Source: an uncultured Acidobacteriota bacterium (GTDB lineage Bacteria > Acidobacteriota > UBA6911 > RPQK01 > JAPXNP01). From it: a stretch of 64,000 nt of DNA. Positions 21,200 through 30,642 of the stretch are shown here, piece by piece. Where the stretch lies: NCBI GenBank assembly GCA_963777605.1, contig CAVZRV010000015.1:128001-192000 (forward strand), read 5' to 3'. Under the pieces are notes generated by a model that saw nothing but the letters and a program-made list of their open reading frames with translations, had not been told where the DNA came from and searched no databases. The number at the start of each line of letters is the position of its first letter. The first letter of the stretch is position 1. The translations under genes were made by a program, and so were the position numbers.

Positions 21200-21820
21200 G
21201 GTCCCAAATGATATCCGCAAGTTGTCAGACCGAAAGCCTCTCACTCAAGTAAGGACAGTGGTTAATCAATCCTCACCGAGTGTCCGGCAACTGACTCAAC
21301 CTGTTGCCTCAACCTTGCGGCTGAAGTGCCCAGGCCGAATCCCTCGCCGACCAGCAAACCATCGCTCACCGGGGAAGAAACCCGAAGACCTCCTCTCCGG
21401 AAGACCCGGTCTGCCCGAGACTTCGTTCGAAGCCGTTCACCCGCCAGTCTCTCGATTGACAGGCTCACTTTACCCGTTGGGTGCAGACCCGACATTGCAG
21501 ACCCAGGATTGCTCCTGTCTCCGTATGCCGGCCTTGGCGTCCCGGTTCTCCGAAGAAAACCGATCGGCTTCGGACTTCCCAGATCGACCTTTCGATCGAC
21601 CGGTTCCGGCCCTTCCCATGCGGGCAAAACAACCTCACCGAATCAACCTTGAAATTCAGGGCTGACGCGTGGCCTACCGGGAAAGCTGCTTCTTTCGAAG
21701 CGACTCGCCTGATCCGCCTGACCTCCGGCAGAAAAGCGACGGTGAAGATGCTTCGCTACCGAACGTCCCGAGGTCGCTGCCTCTTTTGGTATCCGCCAAC
21801 TGCGTTTACCTTTTGGGACC
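21200..21820 (-). ncRNA. Candidate large (~620 nt) structured non-coding RNA of unknown family
   Basis: Termini pair (GGUCCCAAA/UUUGGGACC), 3' U-tract, upstream sigma70-like promoter, five GNRA and two cUUCGg hairpins that read correctly only on the minus strand. Confidence 0.75.
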
Positions 21821-21827
21821 GAGGTGC

Positions 21828-21855
21828 ATGTTATCTCCACCAGGCGCGCCGGCAA
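21828..21855 (-). promoter_or_regulatory. Sigma70-like promoter for the ncRNA candidate
   Basis: TTGCCG-16 bp-TAACAT, then 7 nt to the first G of the terminal stem (21820). Confidence 0.6.
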
Positions 21856-22068
21856 AGGCTTTTTTGAACCCCGGAGGGTTGCACAAGGATTGTGCAAAAG
21901 TCCCTGTTTTCAGGAGGTTCCGACCGGTGCTGAATTTCGTCAATTTCGTCACACTACTTACACAACTTTCACACAGGCTTTTCCACCGATTGTGGAAAAT
22001 CCAAATTTCTCAACCAGATTTCGACCTCCCAGGAATCTGACGAATGCACGATATAGGCGTATCTCAGG

Positions 22069-23373
22069 TCAAAAATAGACCACGAACTGGGTGGGGCCGC
22101 CGGGAGGGCGATCGAGGAAGAACTCGAATCCGTGGCGAACCAGGATCTCCCGGATCAGTGTGAGCCCAATTCCCTGCCCGTTCTTCTTGGTGCTGAAAAA
22201 CGGGGTGAAGAGGTTCTTTTGCACTTCAGGGTCCAGGTCCTCGCCCGAATCCTCGATCGCCACAAAGTAACGATCCTCTCTGCACCCGATGCGGACGCCG
22301 ATCGTCCCTTCTTCCCCGATCGCCTCGAGGGCGTTCTTGAAGACATTCAGAAAGACCTGCTCGATCTGGTTCTTGTCCATCGGGATCGGCGGAACCAGCT
22401 CCTCGACCATCCATATCCACTGAACCTTCGCTTCCCGGCTCCACGGCTCGAGAAGGGTCTCGAGATCCTTCAGCAGTTCATGCAGATCGCAAGGTCTCTT
22501 CTCAGGTCCCGGAAGGCGAACGACCTGGGCGAAGCGGTTCATGAACTCAGACAGGTTCTCCACTCTTGAAATTGCTACGGCCATTGCGTTGGAGAAGTCT
22601 CCCCGGTCCTCGGGCGACAGCTGGTCCTCGTAGTTCATGCTGGAAATCAGGAGAGAGCGCACCGCTCCGACCGAGTTGTTCACCTCGTGAGACATCATTC
22701 GGATCAGTTTTTCGTAGGCTGCTTTCTCACTCAGCCTCAGTTCTTCGGTGAGTTCCTCCATGGTAACGAACTCCCGTGCAAAGCCCTGGTCGAGGAAGTT
22801 CGCCTTGAGGCACCGGATCCGGCGGCTTCCGTGCAGCGGCAGGACCTGGGACTCCCCGAGCGACAACTCGGCAAGCGCATCGGCGAACGGGCTGCCCAGG
22901 GACTGCAGGGTCTTTCCGTGGAGCGTTTCCGCGGGCAACTGCAGGAGCTTCTCGGCACTGGGATTAGCCAGGGCAACCCGACCGTCAAAGTCGAAGGTGA
23001 GCACGCCCGCAGGACTGACCGCAAGGATTTTGTCCATGAAATAGTGCTGTTCCCTCAGCCGGGTCCGCTCCTCCCTCAGTTGCTCGATCATCCGGTTGTA
23101 GACATCAATCAGCCGGTCCATCTCGGGTTGGCCGGTTTCGAGGAACTTGGAAGTGAAGTCCTTTTCACCAATCAACTCGGCGCCGGTCTGAATCAGGTCG
23201 AGAGGTACGAACAGGCGGTGGATGAGTCGGAATCCCACCGCAGTCGAGACCGCCAGGCCCAGTTCGACGATCAGCAGCCAGGGTCGCCGGTCCGCAAAAA
23301 CGTACATTGCAGCCGCCGCGAGGAAGAGATGAAGCACGATCACGTAAATGACAAGCTTGCGCTGAAGGCTCAC
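22069..23373 (-). CDS. Sensor histidine kinase (TM, PAS, HisKA, HATPase)
   Basis: MSHEVNN H-box, NVFKNALEA, FTPFFSTKKNGQGIGL. Confidence 0.9.
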   Translation of the reverse strand: MSLQRKLVIYVIVLHLFLAAAAMYVFADRRPWLLIVELGLAVSTAVGFRLIHRLFVPLDLIQTGAELIGEKDFTSKFLETGQPEMDRLIDVYNRMIEQLREERTRLREQHYFMDKILAVSPAGVLTFDFDGRVALANPSAEKLLQLPAETLHGKTLQSLGSPFADALAELSLGESQVLPLHGSRRIRCLKANFLDQGFAREFVTMEELTEELRLSEKAAYEKLIRMMSHEVNNSVGAVRSLLISSMNYEDQLSPEDRGDFSNAMAVAISRVENLSEFMNRFAQVVRLPGPEKRPCDLHELLKDLETLLEPWSREAKVQWIWMVEELVPPIPMDKNQIEQVFLNVFKNALEAIGEEGTIGVRIGCREDRYFVAIEDSGEDLDPEVQKNLFTPFFSTKKNGQGIGLTLIREILVRHGFEFFLDRPPGGPTQFVVYF

Positions 23374-24746
23374 GGGCTGAGTCCGTACTTTTCGAAGCGG
23401 CGATAAAGAGCGGCGCGGCTCAATCCCAATGCTTCGGCGACCTTCGAGACATTGCCTGCATAGGCATCGAGGCACTTTACGATCATCGCCCGCTCGATTT
23501 CCTCCATCGTCATACTGCCCGCCGTCGGCAGAAAATCTTTCGATCGGCCCGACATCTCCACCTGGGAGGTAATCGAGAAATCTTCCACCGAGAACACATC
23601 CTTCTCCGTGACCAGCATGGTCCGCTCAATCAACTGCCGCAGCTGGCGAATGTTTCCCGGCCAACTCTGACAGCGGAGCCATCCCATCGCCGACTCCTCG
23701 ACCCGGACCGGTCCCCGACGGTGAACCTGACTGAGGTTATCGAGAAAGTGCCGGACCAGAAGCGGGATGTCCCCGGGTCGCTCGCGCAGTGGCGGGAGAT
23801 TGACCGAGATCAGGTTCAATCGGTAAAGGAGATCTTCCCGGAACTCGCCCCGCTCCACCATTTCAGCCAAGTTTCGGTTGGTGGCCGAAACGACTCTCAC
23901 GTCGAGGCTGAGGGGAGCGCTCGTCCCGAGCACTTCGTAGGTCCGGTCCTGGAGAACGCGGAGCAGTTTGACCTGGGCATTGAGGTCGAGGTCTCCGATT
24001 TCGTCCAGGAAGATGGTCCCGGAATTCGCCAGGGCGAAACGCCCTTTTCGGTCGTGGTAGGCGTCAGTGTACGCCCCTCGAACGTGTCCAAACATCTCAC
24101 TTTCGAACAGCGTCGAGGAGATCCCTCCGAGGTTGACCTTCACGAACGGCCCTTCCCTGCGGAGGCTGTTCAAATGAATCGCTTCGGCGATCATTTCTTT
24201 GCCGGTCCCGCTTTCGCCGGTAATCAGGATCGATGCATCGGTTGCGCTGACGCGTCCGATCACTTCCAGGATCTTGAGGAAGCGGGGGTCACGGCCGATT
24301 ATCCTGCCAAAATCGTACCGTTCATCCAGTTCCGACCGGCTCCTTCCGGGCTGGCGTTTTCCCGCGGTGTCAGACGTCCGGGCAAGGCCAAGGGTCGTCG
24401 AAACGGTCTGCCGCAATTGCTGGTTGGACCAGGGCTTGGTCATGAAATCGCTGGCGCCTTTCTTGATGCCCTGGACGGCCAGATTGATCGAACCCCATGC
24501 CGTGAGCAGGACAACGGGCAGGTCGGGACGAATCTTCTTGATCTCCTCGAGCAGTGCAAGCCCTTCCGCACCGCTGGTATCCCGGGAGAAGTTCATATCC
24601 TGGATCACCAGTTCAACCCTTGATCCTTTGATCACCCGCAGTGCCTCGCCAGGATCGGAAGCCGCCCTGGCAACCAGGCCTTCCTGTTTGAGCAGGAGAC
24701 AAACCGAGGTCGTCACCGAATTGTCGTCATCAACAACAAGAATCAT
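23370..24746 (-). CDS. Sigma54-dependent response regulator (NtrC family)
   Basis: Receiver domain, GESGTGKE, ESEMFGHVRGAYTDA (GAFTGA variant), FLDEIG, Fis-type HTH. Confidence 0.93.
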   Translation of the reverse strand: MILVVDDDNSVTTSVCLLLKQEGLVARAASDPGEALRVIKGSRVELVIQDMNFSRDTSGAEGLALLEEIKKIRPDLPVVLLTAWGSINLAVQGIKKGASDFMTKPWSNQQLRQTVSTTLGLARTSDTAGKRQPGRSRSELDERYDFGRIIGRDPRFLKILEVIGRVSATDASILITGESGTGKEMIAEAIHLNSLRREGPFVKVNLGGISSTLFESEMFGHVRGAYTDAYHDRKGRFALANSGTIFLDEIGDLDLNAQVKLLRVLQDRTYEVLGTSAPLSLDVRVVSATNRNLAEMVERGEFREDLLYRLNLISVNLPPLRERPGDIPLLVRHFLDNLSQVHRRGPVRVEESAMGWLRCQSWPGNIRQLRQLIERTMLVTEKDVFSVEDFSITSQVEMSGRSKDFLPTAGSMTMEEIERAMIVKCLDAYAGNVSKVAEALGLSRAALYRRFEKYGLSP

Positions 24747-24765
24747 CGCGGTCTGTTCCTTGAAA

Positions 24766-25947
24766 CTACTCCCAGTGCAGAGCCTCTGCAGGCATGATCC
24801 TGGTCGCGAGACGGCTTGGGTAAACGCAGCACGCGATGGTCAAGCCATAGACCAGTACCACCGACAGGACCAGTCCATAGAGATAGACCCTGGGACTGAC
24901 GAACGGCAAGAGGTCGAGGAGAGGAAGTTGGGCGACGAAGAGTACTCCAATCGCCAAGCCCAACGAGGTGATCACCAGCAATTCTCCGGAGATTTGCCAG
25001 TAGATCCAGCCTGCTGACGCCCCGAGCGCCCGACGCAATCCCAATTCGGAAGTTCGCTGGGATACATTCTGCCAAACCACCCCGATCAACCCCAACGCAA
25101 CCATGAGAAGCAGGAAAGCCTCGACGATGCCTGCCGCAATCAGAGGAACCAGTCTGAACCGGTTGTTTGATTCTCTCATTTGGTCGAGCGGCTCAATGTC
25201 AAAACCCCAGTCCGGCCTGACTGCGTACAACCGATCGGCCAGCGTTTCCTCGAATGACACCGGAGTCCCGGGCTTCAGCTTTACGAGCAGTTCGTATCGG
25301 TTGCCGTCGTCGTGAGTCAGCCGCTTGAACACGTAATCGCGGTCTCCGGAAAACTCCCCGTCCTTCCGGAAGTCGTTGATCACCCCCACCACCCGGTACT
25401 CCGGCTGATCGTCAGGGGCCGAAATCACCTTTCCAATGGGATCTTCCCCATTGAAGAGCTTTCGCTGGAGAGACTCATTGATGACGGCGGGCTTCCAGTC
25501 CATTCCGTCGTCTTCTTTGCTGAACCAGCGGCCTTCAACGACCTGCAGGCCGAGAACGTCCTTGAGATTGTCGGAGCCCAGGTTTTGAGGCACTTCGAAG
25601 CGCTTCCCTCGATACTCCACTTCTGAAGTCCAGTTACTCATAGTCCACGGCGAGAAGCTGATCAGGCTCACTGTCTCCACCCGCTCCAGGTCTTCGAGCG
25701 CGTTCGTGAGCTGAGATGAAAACCCGGCCAGTTCCGCTTCATCACCGCTGGCCTGTGTCGCCAGGGAAACTGCCACCGACCAGACGTTCCGGTAGTCGAA
25801 CCCGAGGGGCCGGCGATAATTGTCGAAATAATACATTCCCAAGGTCGTGACCCCAAAGAGCACGAGGAAACAGACGAGCACTTCGATGACGATGAGCAGG
25901 TGACTTCTTTTCCGATTCCAGGACAACTTCAAAAGTTGCTTGATCAT
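24766..25947 (-). CDS. ABC transporter permease (MacB/FtsX)
   Basis: VVGVI.D, QRTSELGLRRALGA, PSRLATRIMPAEALHWE. Confidence 0.88.
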   Translation of the reverse strand: MIKQLLKLSWNRKRSHLLIVIEVLVCFLVLFGVTTLGMYYFDNYRRPLGFDYRNVWSVAVSLATQASGDEAELAGFSSQLTNALEDLERVETVSLISFSPWTMSNWTSEVEYRGKRFEVPQNLGSDNLKDVLGLQVVEGRWFSKEDDGMDWKPAVINESLQRKLFNGEDPIGKVISAPDDQPEYRVVGVINDFRKDGEFSGDRDYVFKRLTHDDGNRYELLVKLKPGTPVSFEETLADRLYAVRPDWGFDIEPLDQMRESNNRFRLVPLIAAGIVEAFLLLMVALGLIGVVWQNVSQRTSELGLRRALGASAGWIYWQISGELLVITSLGLAIGVLFVAQLPLLDLLPFVSPRVYLYGLVLSVVLVYGLTIACCVYPSRLATRIMPAEALHWE

Positions 25948-27167
25948 GCTGCCTTTCCTCCTCTCAAGGCGTCGACAGGATTGAGGCGAGACATCCTCCA
26001 GGCCGGGTAGACGCCCGACAAGAGGCCGAAGAAGACGGCTATGGCGAGGCCCGAGAAGAAGATCCGGTAATTCATCTCGAAGTGCGAGTAGGGAATGAGT
26101 CCGCTTTCCGAAAGCCAATCGAGGAAGAGTATCGACCCAACCCATCCGATGGCTCCTCCCGCCAGCGTTAGAACCAGGTTCTCCACCAGAAACTGGGTGA
26201 CGAGGTTGAAGGATGATGCGCCAAACGCCCTCCGGATCCCAATCTCGGACATTCGCTCCCGAATGCGGCTGACGTTGATGTTGACCAGATTGACCGTCGG
26301 GAGGAGCATGAACAGAACCATCACGGTCATCAATCCGGCGAATAGCTGGCCCCCGAAGAACGCCCGTGACACAGCTTCGAAAAGGCTCTCAGGGTGAGCC
26401 TCCAGCTTGTTGACGAAGCGGGGGTCGGAAAAATCCACGTGGGCAAGCATGCCCTGAAATTCGCTCTTCACTTCGGCAAGGGCCTCCGGCGACGATGCGA
26501 GAATTGTCGCCCAGCACATCCCGCCCACGAGATCCTGCCTGTATGCGTCCGACGCCAACGTGCTGAACGGAAGCCATATGTCCGAAAAGGTCGTGAACCG
26601 GAGCATGGGAACGTCCTGAACCACTCCGACCACTCGAAACTCCCGGTTCTCGATCCTGACACTCTTACCGACAGCCGCTGCGTCTCCAAAAAACTTTCGA
26701 CGGGTGGACTCGTTGATCACCGCGACAAAATCGGCATTTCGTTCATTCTCGGCCGTGTAAGGGCCGCCCTCCAGGAAGTTGAATCTGAACACCTCCCAGA
26801 ACTGACCGTCTGTTCGCTTGGTGTACGACCGGATTTCCTTTCCCTTGAAATAGGAGGTCGCCGGTACAAAGGGGCTGTGCAGCGTCACGACAGATGCGCT
26901 CTTGAGTCTCCGGGTGTAGCGATCGTGCAGCAGGAATCCGCCGGGGCCGGAAAAGCGGCGATTCGGTCCTTGCGCCAAGACGACATAAATGCCCGCGGTT
27001 CGATTCTGGTAGACCTCCGGCGCATGGGCGCCGAAGGTGTGGTCGTAAAGAGAGACCGCTACGACCAGGACCATCAGGGTCAGGCTGATTCCGAACAGGC
27101 TGATGAAGGTGAAGAACTTGCGTCGAAGGAAGACCTTCCAGGCAACCTTCAGGTAATTTCGAATCAT
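25944..27167 (-). CDS. ABC transporter permease (MacB/FtsX)
   Basis: MIRNYLKVAW, EIGIRRAFGA, YPAWRMSRLNPVDALRG. Confidence 0.9.
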   Translation of the reverse strand: MIRNYLKVAWKVFLRRKFFTFISLFGISLTLMVLVVAVSLYDHTFGAHAPEVYQNRTAGIYVVLAQGPNRRFSGPGGFLLHDRYTRRLKSASVVTLHSPFVPATSYFKGKEIRSYTKRTDGQFWEVFRFNFLEGGPYTAENERNADFVAVINESTRRKFFGDAAAVGKSVRIENREFRVVGVVQDVPMLRFTTFSDIWLPFSTLASDAYRQDLVGGMCWATILASSPEALAEVKSEFQGMLAHVDFSDPRFVNKLEAHPESLFEAVSRAFFGGQLFAGLMTVMVLFMLLPTVNLVNINVSRIRERMSEIGIRRAFGASSFNLVTQFLVENLVLTLAGGAIGWVGSILFLDWLSESGLIPYSHFEMNYRIFFSGLAIAVFFGLLSGVYPAWRMSRLNPVDALRGGKAA

Positions 27168-27179
27168 GAACGCATCCTC

Positions 27180-27842
27180 CTAGTTCACCTGCCGCCCGTC
27201 GAACAGGCGGACAATCCGCTCTGTGGTCGCCGCCAGCCGGTTGTCGTGGGTCACCATCACAACGGTCGTTCCCTTCCGGTTGAGTTCCCGGAGAATGGCC
27301 ATGATTTCGTCTCCCATCTCGCTGTCCAGGTTCCCGGTCGGCTCGTCGGCAAGTACGATCCGGGGTTTCCCGACGACGGCTCGGGCGATCGCGACGCGCT
27401 GCTGCTGCCCTCCGGAAAGCTGAGTGGGAAAGTGAAAGGCCCGCGAGGTCAGCCCGACCCGGTCCAAAGCATCCATTGCCGCCCGTCGCCTCTCTTTACC
27501 CGAAACACGCCGGTAGATCAGTGGGATCTCAACGTTGTCCACCACGCTGAGGTCACCCACCAGGTGAAACGTCTGAAAAACAAAACCGATGGTTTCGTTC
27601 CGAAGCCTTGCCAACTTTCGATCGCTGAAGGAACGGATCCATTCGCCATTGATTGAAAGCCGTCCCCGGGTCGGTTCATCGAGCAACCCCATCACGTTCA
27701 GCAACGTACTTTTTCCCGAACCGGACGGCCCCATGATCGAAACGAACTCCCCGTCGCCGACTTCCAGATTGACATTCTGAAGGGCAACCGTTTCGATCTT
27801 GTCGGTTCGATAAACTCTTTCTATCTGGTCCATTTGGATCAT
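27180..27842 (-). CDS. ABC transporter ATP-binding protein (MacB/LolD type)
   Basis: GPSGSGKST, LSGGQQQRVAIARA, LADEPTGNLD. Confidence 0.95.
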   Translation of the reverse strand: MIQMDQIERVYRTDKIETVALQNVNLEVGDGEFVSIMGPSGSGKSTLLNVMGLLDEPTRGRLSINGEWIRSFSDRKLARLRNETIGFVFQTFHLVGDLSVVDNVEIPLIYRRVSGKERRRAAMDALDRVGLTSRAFHFPTQLSGGQQQRVAIARAVVGKPRIVLADEPTGNLDSEMGDEIMAILRELNRKGTTVVMVTHDNRLAATTERIVRLFDGRQVN

Positions 27843-27880
27843 CGGAACTCCATTTCTTCTTCTCGTGCTGAAGAGGCTCA

Positions 27881-29140
27881 TTACTGAATTCGAATCCTGG
27901 AGAGATGTTCGAAGTCGCTCATGTCAGACATGATGACTTCGTCGCCCTCCGCCAGTCCGGCTTTCACTTCGTACTCGTCGAAGCTCGCCATTCCGATCTC
28001 AACCGGAGTCTTGACCGCGGATGACCCGTGAATCACGAAGAGTTCGTTGGGCCCCTCGCCATTGATTGCAGGCCCTCGCGGCAACTTCAATGCACTTTCC
28101 GTCCAGCCTGTAACGATGAACACATCGCAGCGCAAATTTGCGCGGAGCTGCGGATTGGAACGGTCATCCAGAGCTGCGCGGAGAGTCATTACTCCATCCT
28201 TGATCGTAGGCAGCACACCGGACACCCGGCCCGGCAAAACGGACTGGTCGTTCAGCTTGACTCGAACCGGCAACCCAGGAATCAGCCGTCCCGCATGGAC
28301 GTCGGATAAGGTCGCTTCGACCCGAAACGAACTGAGGTCCGCGATGCGGGCGATCACGTCGCCTTTCTGAACGGTCGTCCCTTCTTCGGTTACGACCCAG
28401 GTGAGTACCCCGTCCCGATCCGCGTTCGTTGTGGCTCGTTCGAGCAAACGCTGGGCGTCCTCCCTCTCCTTACGCAGAATGTTCATTTCGAGTTCCAGTC
28501 CCTTGAGCTGGGTGCGGGTGGACTCGCGTGCCTTCTCGATTCCGGCTTTCAACTGGGCGAGTTCAATGGCCGCCTTGTCCCGATCGACGGAGGCACGGTG
28601 CAACTCTTCCTCGGAAATCAATCCTTCCCGGCGAAGCCGGCTGCGCAGATTGGCCTCCAGCTGAAAGGACTGGAGATCCAGTTGCTTGGTCTGGAGCTGT
28701 CCCTGGAGTGTGATCAGCGTATTCTCCAAATCGAGCTCGAGCTTTTCCTGCTGGTTCCGCTTGATCGAAATCTGCTGATCCAGTTTTTCCATTGCCAGGA
28801 TTGACTCCGACATGTCGAGCCGAACAATGGGCTCTCCGCGTCTGACCCGGTCTCCGGGCCGCCGCAAGATCTTCACCACCCGGGCGCTGATCGGACTCGA
28901 TAGCACCTGTTCGAACTCGGGCTGGACCAACCCCGAGGCGGAAATCGTTGTTTCAATTGGGCCGGAGTCGACGATGGCGGTCCGGATTCCGGAACGGGAG
29001 ATCGACGGCCGCAGCAAATCGGCTCCCCAAACGAACAGGCACACCAACCCGGCGACAATCGCGAGGACGGTCAGAACTCGGCGGGCGGTGCGCTTCCTCA
29101 CGACATCGGTAGCGACCGGGCGATCCATTCCTTGACTCAT
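27881..29140 (-). CDS. Periplasmic adaptor (HlyD/MacA-like)
   Basis: N-terminal TM segment, lipoyl halves, coiled coil, GLAEGDEVI; start at 29140 or 29128. Confidence 0.88.
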   Translation of the reverse strand: MSQGMDRPVATDVVRKRTARRVLTVLAIVAGLVCLFVWGADLLRPSISRSGIRTAIVDSGPIETTISASGLVQPEFEQVLSSPISARVVKILRRPGDRVRRGEPIVRLDMSESILAMEKLDQQISIKRNQQEKLELDLENTLITLQGQLQTKQLDLQSFQLEANLRSRLRREGLISEEELHRASVDRDKAAIELAQLKAGIEKARESTRTQLKGLELEMNILRKEREDAQRLLERATTNADRDGVLTWVVTEEGTTVQKGDVIARIADLSSFRVEATLSDVHAGRLIPGLPVRVKLNDQSVLPGRVSGVLPTIKDGVMTLRAALDDRSNPQLRANLRCDVFIVTGWTESALKLPRGPAINGEGPNELFVIHGSSAVKTPVEIGMASFDEYEVKAGLAEGDEVIMSDMSDFEHLSRIRIQ

Positions 29141-29153
29141 CGGAAGGGTCTCC

Positions 29154-29259
29154 AGCAATTGCGGTGCCAAATTTTACAGTCATTGATTTTCAACGACTTA
29201 CGGGAAAAAGAGGGAAACGGGCCGTGCGTCAACGGACAGTCGATGTCCGTTTCCGAACA
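29154..29259 (-). promoter_or_regulatory. Sigma54 promoter plus putative enhancer sites
   Basis: TGGCAC-cgcaa-TTGCT (29169-29154); TGTCCG-N4-CGAACA (29244-29259) and a degenerate copy (29223-29238) 21 bp apart. Confidence 0.75.
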
Positions 29260-29412
29260 GTCCTTCCAGGGAAGTTCAACCTCGGCCTCATGAACCGGCC
29301 CGGGAGCCCGGCTCTTGCCGGACACCCCAATTCAACCCGGCCCTGCGAGCAGCACCGCGAGTGGCTGAGGGGAACACGATCAGGTTCGGGCGTGTTCCGG
29401 TAAACTGATGCC

Positions 29413-30579
29413 ATGGAAACCCTTAAACCTGATGAGTTGCTGGCGCTGGTCGAAAGGGTATTCCAGCCGTCTCCCGGCGATCGTGCCCTTTCAATTCTGG
29501 TCGATCTTCCCGATCATGCCGTCCCCGATAGCGACGAGTGGCAGGTTCGAAGGCAGATGGCCATCGAATGGGCACGACAAGTGGGTCCCCGCCTTGCTCC
29601 TCTGAGTATTGGAGTGCGTCTTGTGCTCTACCGGAACGCCAAGGCACACAACGCCGACCTCCCGCCCCTGGCGTGGAACTGGCCTGTCGAGAAGAACCTG
29701 CCGGCGTCGGCCGACGACCTGAGCGCCGCGTCTGCGGTCCCCTTCGAAGAGGTATTTGAGGACTCCCGCATGATGATGGCTCCAACCGAGTTCTCGGCGA
29801 CGGCGCCATTGAAGGTCGCCGCCCGCAATTTCGGCTTTCGGGCGGCCACGATGGGCGGGTTCTCGGCAGCCATGATTCCGGCCCTGCGAATCGACTACCG
29901 GGATGTCAATCATCGAGTAAATCTCCTGAAGGGATTGCTGGATCGCGCCTATTCGGCGGAACTGGACTTTGAGTTGCTCGAAGACGGCAGCCTTGTTCAC
30001 CTGGTTCTCGACCTTCGCCACCGATCCGCGCATGCGTCCGGAGGTCTGTTTCTCGAGCCGGGAACAGTGGGAAACCTGCCCTCGGGAGAGGCCTACATCG
30101 TCCCCTACGAAGGAGAACGGTACGACGATCCGAGTCAGTCCGAGGGCGTTCTTCCCGTCCAGTTCGGAGACGAAATCGTGATCTACGAGATCCGTCAGAA
30201 CCGTGCGATTTCAGCCCGGAGAGGTGGCCCGGCCGCAGCCCGCGAGTCTGAACTGCTCGCGGCCGAACCGGCCTATGCGAACATCGCCGAACTGGGACTC
30301 GGGGTCATCCGGGATTTCGGGGTCCGTCCCTGCGGGAGCATTCTTCTGGACGAGAAACTCGGCCTTCACATCGCTTTCGGGCGGAGTGACCATTTCGGCG
30401 GAAAGGTCGGTCCAGCCGACTTCAGTTCGCCGTCGGCGGTCGTCCATATCGACCGGGTCTACATCCCGGAAGTGCAACCGGGAGTCTTTGCAAAGTCGAT
30501 GAACCTGGTGCTGCCGGACGGGGAAAAAGTGCCGATCATCCTGAATGGGTCCTACGCCCTCCAGTTCGGCCAAGGTTAG
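29413..30579 (+). CDS. M29/aminopeptidase T-like metallopeptidase
   Basis: GNLPSGEAYIVP, NIAELGLG, LDEKLGLHIAFGRS and VHID motifs. Confidence 0.65.
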   Translation: METLKPDELLALVERVFQPSPGDRALSILVDLPDHAVPDSDEWQVRRQMAIEWARQVGPRLAPLSIGVRLVLYRNAKAHNADLPPLAWNWPVEKNLPASADDLSAASAVPFEEVFEDSRMMMAPTEFSATAPLKVAARNFGFRAATMGGFSAAMIPALRIDYRDVNHRVNLLKGLLDRAYSAELDFELLEDGSLVHLVLDLRHRSAHASGGLFLEPGTVGNLPSGEAYIVPYEGERYDDPSQSEGVLPVQFGDEIVIYEIRQNRAISARRGGPAAARESELLAAEPAYANIAELGLGVIRDFGVRPCGSILLDEKLGLHIAFGRSDHFGGKVGPADFSSPSAVVHIDRVYIPEVQPGVFAKSMNLVLPDGEKVPIILNGSYALQFGQG

Positions 30580-30642
30580 GTAGACACCGGTGCCTCGACA
30601 GCCAGGCGGAAACGGGATAGGGTAGAGTTCAGGAGGTCAACG

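Noticed and set aside
21200-21820. RNase P RNA, tmRNA, SRP or 6S identity for the structured RNA
   Set aside because: No GAGGAAAGUCC...AGAACCCGGCUUA pair and no tRNA-like CCA end. The GAAAGAAGCAGC segment only loosely resembles SRP domain IV, and the length far exceeds 6S or SRP.
21940-22000. Replication origin (oriC)
   Set aside because: Only one or two imperfect DnaA boxes, no clear unwinding element, and no dnaA, dnaN or gidA nearby.
21222-22078. Several ORFs of 84-147 aa in this gap
   Set aside because: They overlap in all frames, are Arg/Pro/Ser-rich and lack motifs or clear RBS; they are shadows of GC-rich structured sequence.
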